Source: an uncultured Chloroflexia bacterium
Lineage (GTDB): Bacteria; Chloroflexota; Anaerolineae; Aggregatilineales; UBA3940
Length of the DNA: 64,000 nt
Assembly (NCBI GenBank): GCA_963787375.1
Contig: CAWBCR010000013.1
Span: 101,654 to 165,653, forward strand
Reading direction: 5' to 3'
Of this stretch, positions 46,684-54,913 are shown one piece after another. Under the pieces are notes generated by a model that was given only the letters and a program-made list of their open reading frames with translations, ran no database searches and was not told the origin of the DNA. Numbering within the stretch: position 1 is the stretch's first letter; every line of letters starts with the position of its first letter. Made by a program: the position numbers and the translations under genes.

Positions 46684-48777
46684 TTAATCCGGGCCGGCGT
46701 CATCCGCCAGCGGCAGGCACAGCGAGAACGTGCTGCCATGCCCCGGCGCGCTCACCGCGCGGATCGACCCACCGTGCGCCTCGACAATCGTCTTGACCGC
46801 GTACAGCCCCTGCCCGACCCCGCGCACGTCGAGCGGCTCGCCATTGGCTCCGACCGGGCTGCCCCGGTAGAAGCGGTCGAAGATGTATGGCAGGTCCTCC
46901 GGGGAGATGCCCACGCCGGGGTCGATGATGTGCAGCCAGGCCATGCCGCCCGAGACGCGAGTCTCGATCAGCACGTTGCCGCCCTCCGGGCTAAAGCGTG
47001 AGGCGTTGTGGACCAGCGCGTCGAGCGCGCGCCGCAGCCGGACCGCGTCGCCGTCGATCAGCAGCGGTCCCGGCGCGTGCCGGAAGACGGGCACCAGCCC
47101 ACTCAGCGCCAGCTCTTCCCGCCAGTCATCGACGGCTTCGGCGGTCAGCGCGTTGAGATCCAGCCGGCTGACGTGCATCGCGTTTCTGCCAGAGCTGCGC
47201 ATACCCGTCAGGTCGATCACCTCGTCGATCATGCGCGCCAGCGTCTGCGTCTGGGTCAGGATGGCGGAGATAGCGCGCTCTCGTACTTCAGGCCGCAGCC
47301 GGTCGCCGCCCAGCCGCATCACGTCCGCGTAGCCCTTGATGACCGTCAGCGGGGTGCGCAGCTCGTGCCCGACGTGGTCGAGGAAGCTGTCCTTGGTTCT
47401 CTCGACCAGCGCCTCCTGCGTGACATCGCGCAGCACCAGCACGTCACCCAGGCTCGCGCCGTCCGGCGTGCGGACGGCAGCCACGCTCACGTCGAGGATG
47501 CGCTCGCCGACTTCCAGCCGCCGGTGATAGTCATCCTCGCCGCCGGTGCTGGCCACAATCGGCTCAAGGGGCTCCGGCGTGAACCCCGTCTCGCCCGTCA
47601 GCATCGCCACAGCAGCCGGGTTCGCCAGTATGATGTGGCCCTCGGGGTTGCGCAGCACCACGCCGTCGGCGATGCTGCCCAGGATGGCGCTGGTGCGCGC
47701 GTTTTCCTCTTCGAGGCGATGGAAGATCGGGCGGGTGTTCCTCGCCGCGATGGTGAAACCACCGACGACCTCCAGCACAATCGCCAGCCACGCCGCCGCG
47801 ATAAAGGCAGTGTCGGCGGTCGCCGCTGCCAGCGGCACCGGCAGCGGGTTGCGGACCAGCAGCGCCAGCACGCCCACTGCGCGGCCCTCAATCGCGGCGG
47901 GGATGGTTGCGATAGCGTACTCTGTGCCATCCAGCGTGACCTGCCGGATGCCCTTCATCATCATCGGGCCCTCTTCGGGCATGGCCAGCATGTCGTGGTA
48001 CTGCGCCGCGCTCAACGCCAACGACTGCTGCGCAGCAGGGCTGTCCCAGCCGGGCAGCGTCCCGGCCTGCGGAGGCCCGGCAGCAGTATACAGCAGCACA
48101 TCGGTGTTCGTTTCCTGCTGGATTGCCGACAGCAGCCGCTCGACACTGATGTCGCCGATGGCGCTCCTGCCGCCGCCCAGCGGCCTGACGCTGCGCAGCG
48201 TCATGTGGCCCACCTGGCCGACCACCCCGGCCAGCACCGCCGACCCGCTGCCGTCGGCTCTGCCCGTCAATGCGTCGGGCATGCCGCTGTCAGAGGATGC
48301 GTTGCTGACGACGGTGTTCGTAATCGACCCCGACTGCGCGCCGCGCACAGTTTCGACGGCGCCCAGCGACTGCCCGGTGGCGTCCACAATCGCCAGACGA
48401 TCCATGTCGCCGAGGATGGCTGTGCGCGTCATGGCGGCTACGTCAGGCGCTGCGGCCTGAGCGGTGTCGAACTGGGCGGCGAGGTCCGACAGCGCGCCGT
48501 CGACCGCCTCCCCCTTCGCGGAGAGGAGGTCGTAGGCGCTGCGGCTGGCGTCGAGCAGGCGCTGCTCCATCTGGGTGCGTATACCGCTGATCGTCAGCCG
48601 GGCCACCGTGATCGCCACCAGCAGCGCCGCCGACAGGATGGTCAGACGTAAGTAGGGGAGAAAAATCCGAGCGGCCAGCGTATTGGCGCGCGGCGCGCGG
48701 AACGGGCTCTTCAGCCTGAGAGGGGAGACAGAGCGCACGCCGGAGGCGTGTGTGCTGCGCGCGTTTTCGTGTGCCAT
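46684..48777 (-). CDS. Sensor histidine kinase (TM - periplasmic domain - TM - PAS - HisKA - HATPase_c)
   Basis: H-box FLDHVGHELRTPLTVIKGY. N, G1 and G2 boxes are present (VHNASRF, DPGVGI, GQGLYAV). The start is taken at MAHENARS (48777), because the longer ORF would overlap the upstream response regulator. Confidence 0.75.
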   Translation of the reverse strand: MAHENARSTHASGVRSVSPLRLKSPFRAPRANTLAARIFLPYLRLTILSAALLVAITVARLTISGIRTQMEQRLLDASRSAYDLLSAKGEAVDGALSDLAAQFDTAQAAAPDVAAMTRTAILGDMDRLAIVDATGQSLGAVETVRGAQSGSITNTVVSNASSDSGMPDALTGRADGSGSAVLAGVVGQVGHMTLRSVRPLGGGRSAIGDISVERLLSAIQQETNTDVLLYTAAGPPQAGTLPGWDSPAAQQSLALSAAQYHDMLAMPEEGPMMMKGIRQVTLDGTEYAIATIPAAIEGRAVGVLALLVRNPLPVPLAAATADTAFIAAAWLAIVLEVVGGFTIAARNTRPIFHRLEEENARTSAILGSIADGVVLRNPEGHIILANPAAVAMLTGETGFTPEPLEPIVASTGGEDDYHRRLEVGERILDVSVAAVRTPDGASLGDVLVLRDVTQEALVERTKDSFLDHVGHELRTPLTVIKGYADVMRLGGDRLRPEVRERAISAILTQTQTLARMIDEVIDLTGMRSSGRNAMHVSRLDLNALTAEAVDDWREELALSGLVPVFRHAPGPLLIDGDAVRLRRALDALVHNASRFSPEGGNVLIETRVSGGMAWLHIIDPGVGISPEDLPYIFDRFYRGSPVGANGEPLDVRGVGQGLYAVKTIVEAHGGSIRAVSAPGHGSTFSLCLPLADDAGPD

Positions 48778-48814
48778 GGTGTGCGGCTCGCTCGCCAAAG
48801 GGCGGGCGTGTGCG

Positions 48815-49249
48815 CTAGTGAACTTCCGCACGCCGCGCGACGATTGCCTTGACCACGTCCAACAGTTCGTCCATAGGCGGCAGCGGCTTATACAGCAGCT
48901 CGTCGGCCCCCGACGTAGCCAGGTACTGTTCGGCGTCTTTGCCGGCAAGCTCATAGGCGGTCATAAGGATGATGCCGATGTTTGACAACCGGGCGTGCTG
49001 CCGGATCTTCGAGCTGATCTCGTGGCCCCACGGCCCCGGCATACGGATATCCAGCAGGGCGATGTCCGGCAGCGGGTCGGGATTGTCGTTCTCCAGGTAT
49101 TCGGTGGCCTGGAAGCCATCCTTCAAAGAGACGACCTTAAAGTTCCACAGGTCGCACATCGTGGCGATTACGTCACGGATGGCGTAGTCGTCTTCGACGA
49201 CCAGCCATGTCATCTGGCCGTCGCCGGTGCTGTCGGAAGCCTCAACCAT
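48815..49249 (-). CDS. Stand-alone CheY-like response regulator receiver
   Basis: WLVVEDD, phospho-acceptor context ALLDIRMPG, LMTAY and YKPL. Confidence 0.8.
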   Translation of the reverse strand: MVEASDSTGDGQMTWLVVEDDYAIRDVIATMCDLWNFKVVSLKDGFQATEYLENDNPDPLPDIALLDIRMPGPWGHEISSKIRQHARLSNIGIILMTAYELAGKDAEQYLATSGADELLYKPLPPMDELLDVVKAIVARRAEVH

Positions 49250-49407
49250 TCTACTTAGTCCTCAGCGCACTGTGTTCACATTGGCGACAATCGCGCCCGA
49301 ATAATCGTTCATGCCTGTATACGTTGATTGTACTCCATGTGGAAATCGCGGCAATCACCCTCCGATACTATGCAGGCCGGTCGCACGGCTGCCGGGGTTC
49401 GTGTACA

Positions 49408-50607
49408 ATGTCCGACATATACAACGAAAAGGAACGCGAAATGTCACTAGATCCTCGCTGGGCGCAGTACACCTCTCAGCAGATTGTCGAACCAGGCCAG
49501 TACATATTCAAGGAAGGCGATCCTTCAGATGCGCTGTACATCATCCTGAGCGGCCAGGTTGCGATCCACAAGGAGATTGAGGGCAGCGATCCACTGGTGC
49601 TGGGCTATCGTGGCAAAGACGAACTGATCGGCGAGGTCAGCCTGCTGCACGAAACGTCGCGTTCGGCCTCTGTGCTGGCCATCGACCGCACAACGCTGCT
49701 GTCCATTGGCCACGATGCGTTCTGGAAACTGTTCGACTCGGCCCCGGCGTTTCGCCAGATGATCACCGACGCGATTATCGAGCGCCTGCTGGCCGCCGAT
49801 CTCAGCCGCGTGCGCGCTGCCGTTTCCGAGCAGCAGTTGTTCGACCGCCTGGGTTCGATCAAGGATGAGAACGAACGTCTGGCCGAGCTGATGCAGCTTC
49901 GAAACGAGACGATTGGCTTCATCGTCCACGATCTGCGCAACCCGCTCAACCTCGTCCAGATGGCGCTGTCGATGATCGAGGTCGACCCGGCTTACAGCGC
50001 CGATGCCGATACGCGGCGCTTTCTGGCGATGGCGTCCGGCGGCGTCCGGCGTGTGTTCGCCCTGATCGAATCCCTGCTGGACGTCGAACGCCTGGATTCC
50101 GGCGAGGTCGTGCTCAATCTGGCACCGGTCGACCTGGCCGCGCTGGTCGACACGGTCGTCCAGCGCATCCAACCGCTGGCCCGCGCCTCAAAAGTCGAGC
50201 TTACGGCAGCGCACCGCGAAGCTGACATGCCACCGATCATCGCCGATCAGGAGCGACTGGACCGCGTGATCACCAACCTGGTCGACAACGGCCTGAAGTT
50301 CACGCCTGCCAGCGAGTCGGTCACGGTGACGACGTGGCACGATGGCGATCATGAGTTCGTCTCGGTTGAGGATGGCGGGCCGGGCATCCCACAGGAGCAG
50401 CGCGCCCGCGTATTCGATCGCTTTGTGCAGGGGAATCAACAGTCGCGCGGGAGCCGTGGGTTTGGGCTGGGGCTGGCCTTCTGCCGCTCGGCGGTGCAGG
50501 CCCACGGGGGCCGCATCTGGCTGGAAGACACCGCCGAAGGGAAGGGCGTGCGCTTTGTCTTCGCGCTGCCGATCACCCCTTCTGCCCGGGCAAAGGCTGC
50601 CGATTAA
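49408..50607 (+). CDS. Cyclic-nucleotide-binding-domain histidine kinase (cNMP-binding + HisKA + HATPase_c)
   Basis: FKEGDPSDALYIILSGQVAI...GEVSLLHETSRSASVLA is a Crp-type cNMP cassette. H-box FIVHDLRNPLNLV. DNGLKF, DGGPGI and GFGLGLAF follow. The alternative start is ATG 49441 after AAGGA. Confidence 0.75.
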   Translation: MSDIYNEKEREMSLDPRWAQYTSQQIVEPGQYIFKEGDPSDALYIILSGQVAIHKEIEGSDPLVLGYRGKDELIGEVSLLHETSRSASVLAIDRTTLLSIGHDAFWKLFDSAPAFRQMITDAIIERLLAADLSRVRAAVSEQQLFDRLGSIKDENERLAELMQLRNETIGFIVHDLRNPLNLVQMALSMIEVDPAYSADADTRRFLAMASGGVRRVFALIESLLDVERLDSGEVVLNLAPVDLAALVDTVVQRIQPLARASKVELTAAHREADMPPIIADQERLDRVITNLVDNGLKFTPASESVTVTTWHDGDHEFVSVEDGGPGIPQEQRARVFDRFVQGNQQSRGSRGFGLGLAFCRSAVQAHGGRIWLEDTAEGKGVRFVFALPITPSARAKAAD

Positions 50608-51287
50608 CCTGTGTGCTGCGCCTGCTCGTCGAGCAGTGCCGCCAGATCTGCGACCTGCACCGCCGCCACCGACTCGTAGACCCGGTCGGCAAGCTGCAGC
50701 GCCTCCGGCGCGCGCGTCGTGGCGACGGCCACGCAGCGCATCCCTGCCGCCCGCGCGGCCTCCAGGCCACCACCCGAATCCTCGATGACCACGCACTGCC
50801 GGGGCGGCACGCCCAGCCGCTGCGCTGCCAGCGTGAACAGCGCCGGGTCGGGTTTGCCACGCGCCACGTCCTCCAGGCAAATGCGGGTCTTCAGCACCCC
50901 GTCCAATCCGAACGTCGTGACGACCAGGTCGAGGTTGGCGCGCGGCGCAGACGTGGCGATAGCCTGCCGCCAGCCTGCTGCGTCGAGTGCCTCGATCAGC
51001 GCACGCGCGCCGGGCTGCATCGTGATGCCGGACGTCGCCCGCGTGCGGAACAGCTCCTCTTTTTCGTGGTATACGTGGTCGACCTGCGCGGGGTCGGGGC
51101 TACCGCCCATCACGCGCCGCACCGTCTCGTACCCGTCGATGCCAAACAGCCCGGCGAAGCGCTCGCGGGTCAGCTCGAAGCCCAATTCGCGGGCCAGCAC
51201 GTCACGCCAGCTTGTGTAATGAGCCTCGTGCGAGTCAATCAGCACGCCGTCCATATCCCAGATGATTGCGCGTTGTGTGGTGTTCAT
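50604..51287 (-). CDS. HAD-superfamily hydrolase (beta-phosphoglucomutase-like subfamily)
   Basis: Start MNTTQRAIIWDMDGVLIDS (DxDGxxxDS motif I). ATSAP is motif II. GKPDP...IEDSGGGLEAARAAGM is motif III/IV. Confidence 0.8.
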   Translation of the reverse strand: MNTTQRAIIWDMDGVLIDSHEAHYTSWRDVLARELGFELTRERFAGLFGIDGYETVRRVMGGSPDPAQVDHVYHEKEELFRTRATSGITMQPGARALIEALDAAGWRQAIATSAPRANLDLVVTTFGLDGVLKTRICLEDVARGKPDPALFTLAAQRLGVPPRQCVVIEDSGGGLEAARAAGMRCVAVATTRAPEALQLADRVYESVAAVQVADLAALLDEQAQHTG

Positions 51288-51399
51288 GGTAGGCTGAAGT
51301 GTAACGTGCGACTGACATGAGGGCAATGGATTCTATGGGCGAAATCTCTCGACGCACGGCTCTGAAAGCCGCCGGTCTGGCCGGCATGGGGCTGCTGGC
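51263..51399. repeat. Copy A of a 137-bp duplicated module (HAD 5' codons + 29-bp divergent intergenic + Tat signal-peptide codons)
   Basis: It aligns without gaps to 52928-53064 (offset 1665 bp) with about 7 mismatches. Confidence 0.85.
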
Positions 51400-52888
51400 C
51401 GGGTGCAACTCCCCCTCTCCGATGAACCCTACAACCTCATCCACCGGAACGCCGACAGCTTCGTCTCCGGCGACCGCTACCCCTATCCCGCCAGCCGCCA
51501 CGCACGTCCCCTCAACCGAAACCCTCACGCCCGATGTGCCTCTGGCTGAAGATGGCCCATGGTTCGTGTTCTCGACCACCAACAGTGACAGACTCAACAA
51601 GCTGTGGGCGGTCAATGCCGATGGGTCGGGGCTGACCCAGCTTACCGGTGACACTTACATCACTACCGGCTATGATCTGAAGACTGCTATCTCACCGGCG
51701 AGCGGTCACGTAGTCTTCGTCTCACAGTCAAGTCTACGAGCCTATGACCCAACGCTTCACCTCCTGTGGCTGCCCAACGGCGAAGACACGATCATCACGC
51801 GGCTGATGGCCCCGGATGCAGCGCTTGGTGCGGGCGGCATTCAAGACCCGTTCATGTGGGCCATCGCGGCTGTCGAAGCTGAAGGCGGCCTGGCCTGGTC
51901 GCCCGATGGTGCGCAGCTTGCCTTCATCGGCGCGCAGGATGGGCCAACTGCTGACCTGTATGTCTATTCGGTAGGCGACGGCTCGATCACGCGACTCAGC
52001 AGCGGGGCAAGCCAGGCCTGTGGCCCAACCTGGTCTCTGGATGGCCAGTATATCGTGCATGGCGGCGCAGGTACTGTAGACCTTGGCGGACAGGGGAATC
52101 TCAATAGCACAGGGGTGTGGGCAGCCCGCGCCGACGGCTCGGGGATCATTGATCTCTACCAGCCGCACAGCACCGGCGAGACCTTCTCTGGCTGGACCGG
52201 CCCACACACATTCCTGGTTTACAGCCAGATGCCCGACAGCGGACCCGGTAACCTGCGCACGTTCAACATTGATACCGGCCAGTCGATCTCCATCTGGCCC
52301 GATCCCTTGTTCCCCGATGGCGCGAACGGGCCGGGGATTTTCGCGTGGGATCCAGACGGTGGTACTGTGCTGATCCTGGTCGATCACCTCAATTCCTCCG
52401 CCAGCCTCCGGGAAGGTATGTATCTGACCGATGTAAATGGGACAAGCCCCCGGTTTCTGGATAATCGTGTGGGCTATCCTGTCTGGATGCCAGAACTTGG
52501 CGCGTTCTTCGTTGAGGCGGCTGATGGGGTGATAAGAATATCACCCACTGGGGAGGTGGAGACGGGTGGCCTGCCCGATCTGGGTCGCTATGTCAGCCCG
52601 TTGATGCACGTCCGCGATCTGGCTTGGTCGCCGGACGGCACATGGTGGGCATGGCCTGGATCGGCTGGCCTGTGGATAGGCCCGATCGGAGAGGACGCGC
52701 CGATGCAGGTGTCCGATCAGGTTGTGAAGTACGCTACGTGGTCACCGGACGGGCAGAACGTGCTGTTCTTCACCCACAGTGCGCTGTATGTGGTCGGGCG
52801 AACCGGTGGGCAGCCTGCGCTGCTGTCCAACAGGCTGCTGTTTAATACGTACTATGGTGCCGGATGGGTCATGTCGGCAGCGCGTTGA
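51317..52888 (+). CDS. Tat-signal lipoprotein with TolB-like (PD40/WD40-like) beta-propeller repeats
   Basis: ISRRTALKAAGLAGMGLLAGC (Tat motif + lipobox), a Pro/Thr linker, and repeated xWSPDGxxxxF blades (LAWSPDGAQLAF, PTWSLDGQYIV, LAWSPDGTWWAW, ATWSPDGQNVLF). Confidence 0.7.
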   Translation: MRAMDSMGEISRRTALKAAGLAGMGLLAGCNSPSPMNPTTSSTGTPTASSPATATPIPPAATHVPSTETLTPDVPLAEDGPWFVFSTTNSDRLNKLWAVNADGSGLTQLTGDTYITTGYDLKTAISPASGHVVFVSQSSLRAYDPTLHLLWLPNGEDTIITRLMAPDAALGAGGIQDPFMWAIAAVEAEGGLAWSPDGAQLAFIGAQDGPTADLYVYSVGDGSITRLSSGASQACGPTWSLDGQYIVHGGAGTVDLGGQGNLNSTGVWAARADGSGIIDLYQPHSTGETFSGWTGPHTFLVYSQMPDSGPGNLRTFNIDTGQSISIWPDPLFPDGANGPGIFAWDPDGGTVLILVDHLNSSASLREGMYLTDVNGTSPRFLDNRVGYPVWMPELGAFFVEAADGVIRISPTGEVETGGLPDLGRYVSPLMHVRDLAWSPDGTWWAWPGSAGLWIGPIGEDAPMQVSDQVVKYATWSPDGQNVLFFTHSALYVVGRTGGQPALLSNRLLFNTYYGAGWVMSAAR

Positions 52889-52927
52889 CGATTAAGACCA
52901 GGAGACAGCGATATACATGACGCCAAG

Positions 52928-53064
52928 TGATTGCGCGTTGTATGGTGTTCATGGTAGGCTGAAGTGTAACGTGCGACTGACATGAGGGCAATGGATGTCA
53001 TGGGCGAAATCTCTCGACGCACGGCTCTGAAAGCTGCCGGGCTGGCCGGCGTGGGGCTGCTGGC
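52928..53064. repeat. Copy B of the 137-bp duplicated module
   Basis: See copy A. On the minus strand it retains an 8-codon remnant of the HAD gene start (MNTIQRAI) that then diverges into nonsense. Confidence 0.85.
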
Positions 53065-54022
53065 GCAGCGGGCTGTCAGGCCCGCCCGCGCGCAGGCCGT
53101 GACCGATCACTGGGATGGCTCGCCGCTGGGGCGGGTCTTGCAGAACGTGATGACCGTCTACAGCGAGCCCGCCTGGGGATCGGCGCACACCGGGCAGAGC
53201 CTGTACTGGAACGACGTGGTGCCGGTGCTGGCTGCCGTCGACGGCGATGGGCTGTACAGCACCAACCCCACCTGGCTCCAGATCGACGGCGGCTACATTT
53301 ACTCGTCATGGGTGCAGCCGGTGGCCGATATCCCCACCAACCCGACCGTGCCCATCGGCGAGGGCGGCGCGTGGGGCATCGTGACCGTTCCCTACACGTG
53401 GGTGCGCGGCGGCCCGTCGGACGACTCCTACCGCAGGCAGCGCATGGTGTACAACACTACCCACCGGCTCGTCGCCGCCGAAAACGACTATTACCTGGTG
53501 CAGGAAATCTATGGCTCGCAGTACTGGATCAAGGCCGGGCACGTGCGCATCTTCCCGCCGGAGGAGATCGCGCCGATCTCACCCGACGTGCCCGCCGACG
53601 CCAAGCGCGTCGAGGTCAGCATCTACCAGCAGCGGCTGTTCGCCTATGAAGGCGACCAGGTGGTGTTCACCGCGCCGGTCTCGACCGGCGTACCGCACAC
53701 GCCTACGCCGCTTGGCGAGTTCCACGTGCACACCAAGCGCATCGGCCAGCGCATGATCGGCGGGCAGGGCGACGGCTTCTACAACCTGCCGGGCATCCCG
53801 TGGGTGGGCTACTTCACGCAGGGGTGGGCGGCCCTGCATGGCACCTACTGGCACAACGACTATGGCCGCCAGCACTCCAACGGCTGCGTCAACCTGCATC
53901 CCGAGGCGGCCAAGTGGCTGTTCCGCTGGACGACGCCGCTGCCCAATTACGCCGATTACAGCGCTTATGCCGACCCGCGTAATGGCAATCCCGGCACGCT
54001 CGTGGTGGTGCGGGCGGTGTGA
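52982..54022 (+). CDS. L,D-transpeptidase (YkuD domain), Tat signal
   Basis: ISRRTALKAAGLAGVGLLAQRAVRPARAQA. Catalytic region GYFTQGWAALHGTYWHNDYGRQHSNGCVNL (His...SxGC motif). Confidence 0.8.
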   Translation: MRAMDVMGEISRRTALKAAGLAGVGLLAQRAVRPARAQAVTDHWDGSPLGRVLQNVMTVYSEPAWGSAHTGQSLYWNDVVPVLAAVDGDGLYSTNPTWLQIDGGYIYSSWVQPVADIPTNPTVPIGEGGAWGIVTVPYTWVRGGPSDDSYRRQRMVYNTTHRLVAAENDYYLVQEIYGSQYWIKAGHVRIFPPEEIAPISPDVPADAKRVEVSIYQQRLFAYEGDQVVFTAPVSTGVPHTPTPLGEFHVHTKRIGQRMIGGQGDGFYNLPGIPWVGYFTQGWAALHGTYWHNDYGRQHSNGCVNLHPEAAKWLFRWTTPLPNYADYSAYADPRNGNPGTLVVVRAV

Positions 54023-54058
54023 CCCAGGAGTGAAGGGGCCGCCTCCGCGAGTAAACTA

Positions 54059-54655
54059 CCGCCGCCAGAGGCGGCGGCTTTGGGATTGCACCTGGAAGGT
54101 GCTCTCTGCCACACCGCCTAATCGAATAAGCGACCCTGTATCGCCTCAGCTCGTTTCTCGTGCGTTTCTTGCCATTGCACGTACTTGCGTATCTTCTCTT
54201 CGTCCAACCCGACTGTGCTGACACAATAGCCGCGTGACCACAGATGCCTGCCCCAGTATTTCTTGCCCAGGTGTTCGTACTGGGCAAACAGCCGCAGTGC
54301 CAGCTTCCCTTTCAAATAGCCCATCACACTCGATACTGCGTACTTGGGCGCAATCGACAATACCAGGTGGGCATGATCAGCCTGGATATTCAACTCCAGG
54401 ATTTCTATTCGGTCTTTCTGTTTGCAGAGTTGTCGTATCTCCCGTTCCGTGAACTCCGCCACCTCTCCATACAAGATACGGTAGCGGTACTTCGGGCAGA
54501 ACACGATGTGATATTTGCACTCGTAGAGAGAGTGCGATAGCCTGTTGAACCGTGGGGGCATGATGAACCTCCTGAAGCTCGCACCTTCCAGGTTCGTTCA
54601 TCTTACCCCCTTTTACGGTGGAACCTTTTCATCGGACCACTGCCAGAGGCAGTGG
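54059..54655 (-). mobile_element. IS200/IS605-family insertion sequence (tnpA only), bounded by two matching hairpins
   Basis: CCGCCGCC-AGA-GGCGGCGG (54059-54077) and CCACTGCC-AGA-GGCAGTGG (54637-54655) are both 8-bp stems with AGA loops. They flank a Y1 transposase gene. G+C is visibly lower than in the surroundings. Confidence 0.7.
54118..54561 (-). CDS. tnpA: IS200/IS605-family Y1 (HUH) transposase TnpA
   Basis: 147 aa. YHIVFCPKYRYRIL, HUH motif DHAHLVL, and catalytic Tyr context WSRGYCVSTVG. Confidence 0.9.
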   Translation of the reverse strand: MPPRFNRLSHSLYECKYHIVFCPKYRYRILYGEVAEFTEREIRQLCKQKDRIEILELNIQADHAHLVLSIAPKYAVSSVMGYLKGKLALRLFAQYEHLGKKYWGRHLWSRGYCVSTVGLDEEKIRKYVQWQETHEKRAEAIQGRLFD

Positions 54656-54718
54656 GTTCATTCTTGGACTGAACGTCGCGGCTGTCGGCCCCGGCGAAGA
54701 AGCGTGGCGGCGCGATTT

Positions 54719-54747
54719 TTGCACGCCCCCGCGACAGACGCTATAAT
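54719..54747 (+). promoter_or_regulatory. Sigma-70-type promoter of tRNA-Phe (TTGCAC-N17-TATAAT)
   Basis: TTGCAC at 54719-54724 and TATAAT at 54742-54747. The tRNA 5' end lies 13 nt downstream. Confidence 0.6.
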
Positions 54748-54759
54748 AGCCCTCGCTTT

Positions 54760-54835
54760 GCCGAGGTAGCTCAGTTGGTAGAGCACATCACTGAAAATGA
54801 TGGGGTCCCCAGTTCAAGTCTGGGCCTCGGCACCA
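54760..54835 (+). tRNA. tRNA-Phe (anticodon GAA), CCA encoded
   Basis: Hand-folded cloverleaf. Acceptor stem GCCGAGG/CCTCGGC, D stem GCTC/GAGC, anticodon stem CATCA/TGATG with loop CTGAAAA, T stem CCCAG/CTGGG with loop TTCAAGT, 3' ACCA. 76 nt. Confidence 0.9.
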
Positions 54836-54913
54836 CCGCAGCAGGCCGCCCGGGATCGCGCATCCGACGGCCTGCTGGCCGTTTATTCCGCTGGCAGACC
54901 AGGAGATCCACGC

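Noticed and set aside
43555-48651. Long plus-strand ORFs 43555-45189 (544 aa), 45397-46665 (422 aa) and 47008-48651 (547 aa)
   Set aside because: All are antisense to convincing genes (thrB/UbiA/unknown, thrC, histidine kinase). Their composition is dominated by R, Q, H, A and G, which marks them as shadow ORFs.
54797-54913. N-terminal 39 codons of ORF 54797-56476
   Set aside because: This start lies inside tRNA-Phe. A GTG at 54914 with an AGGAGA site is used instead.
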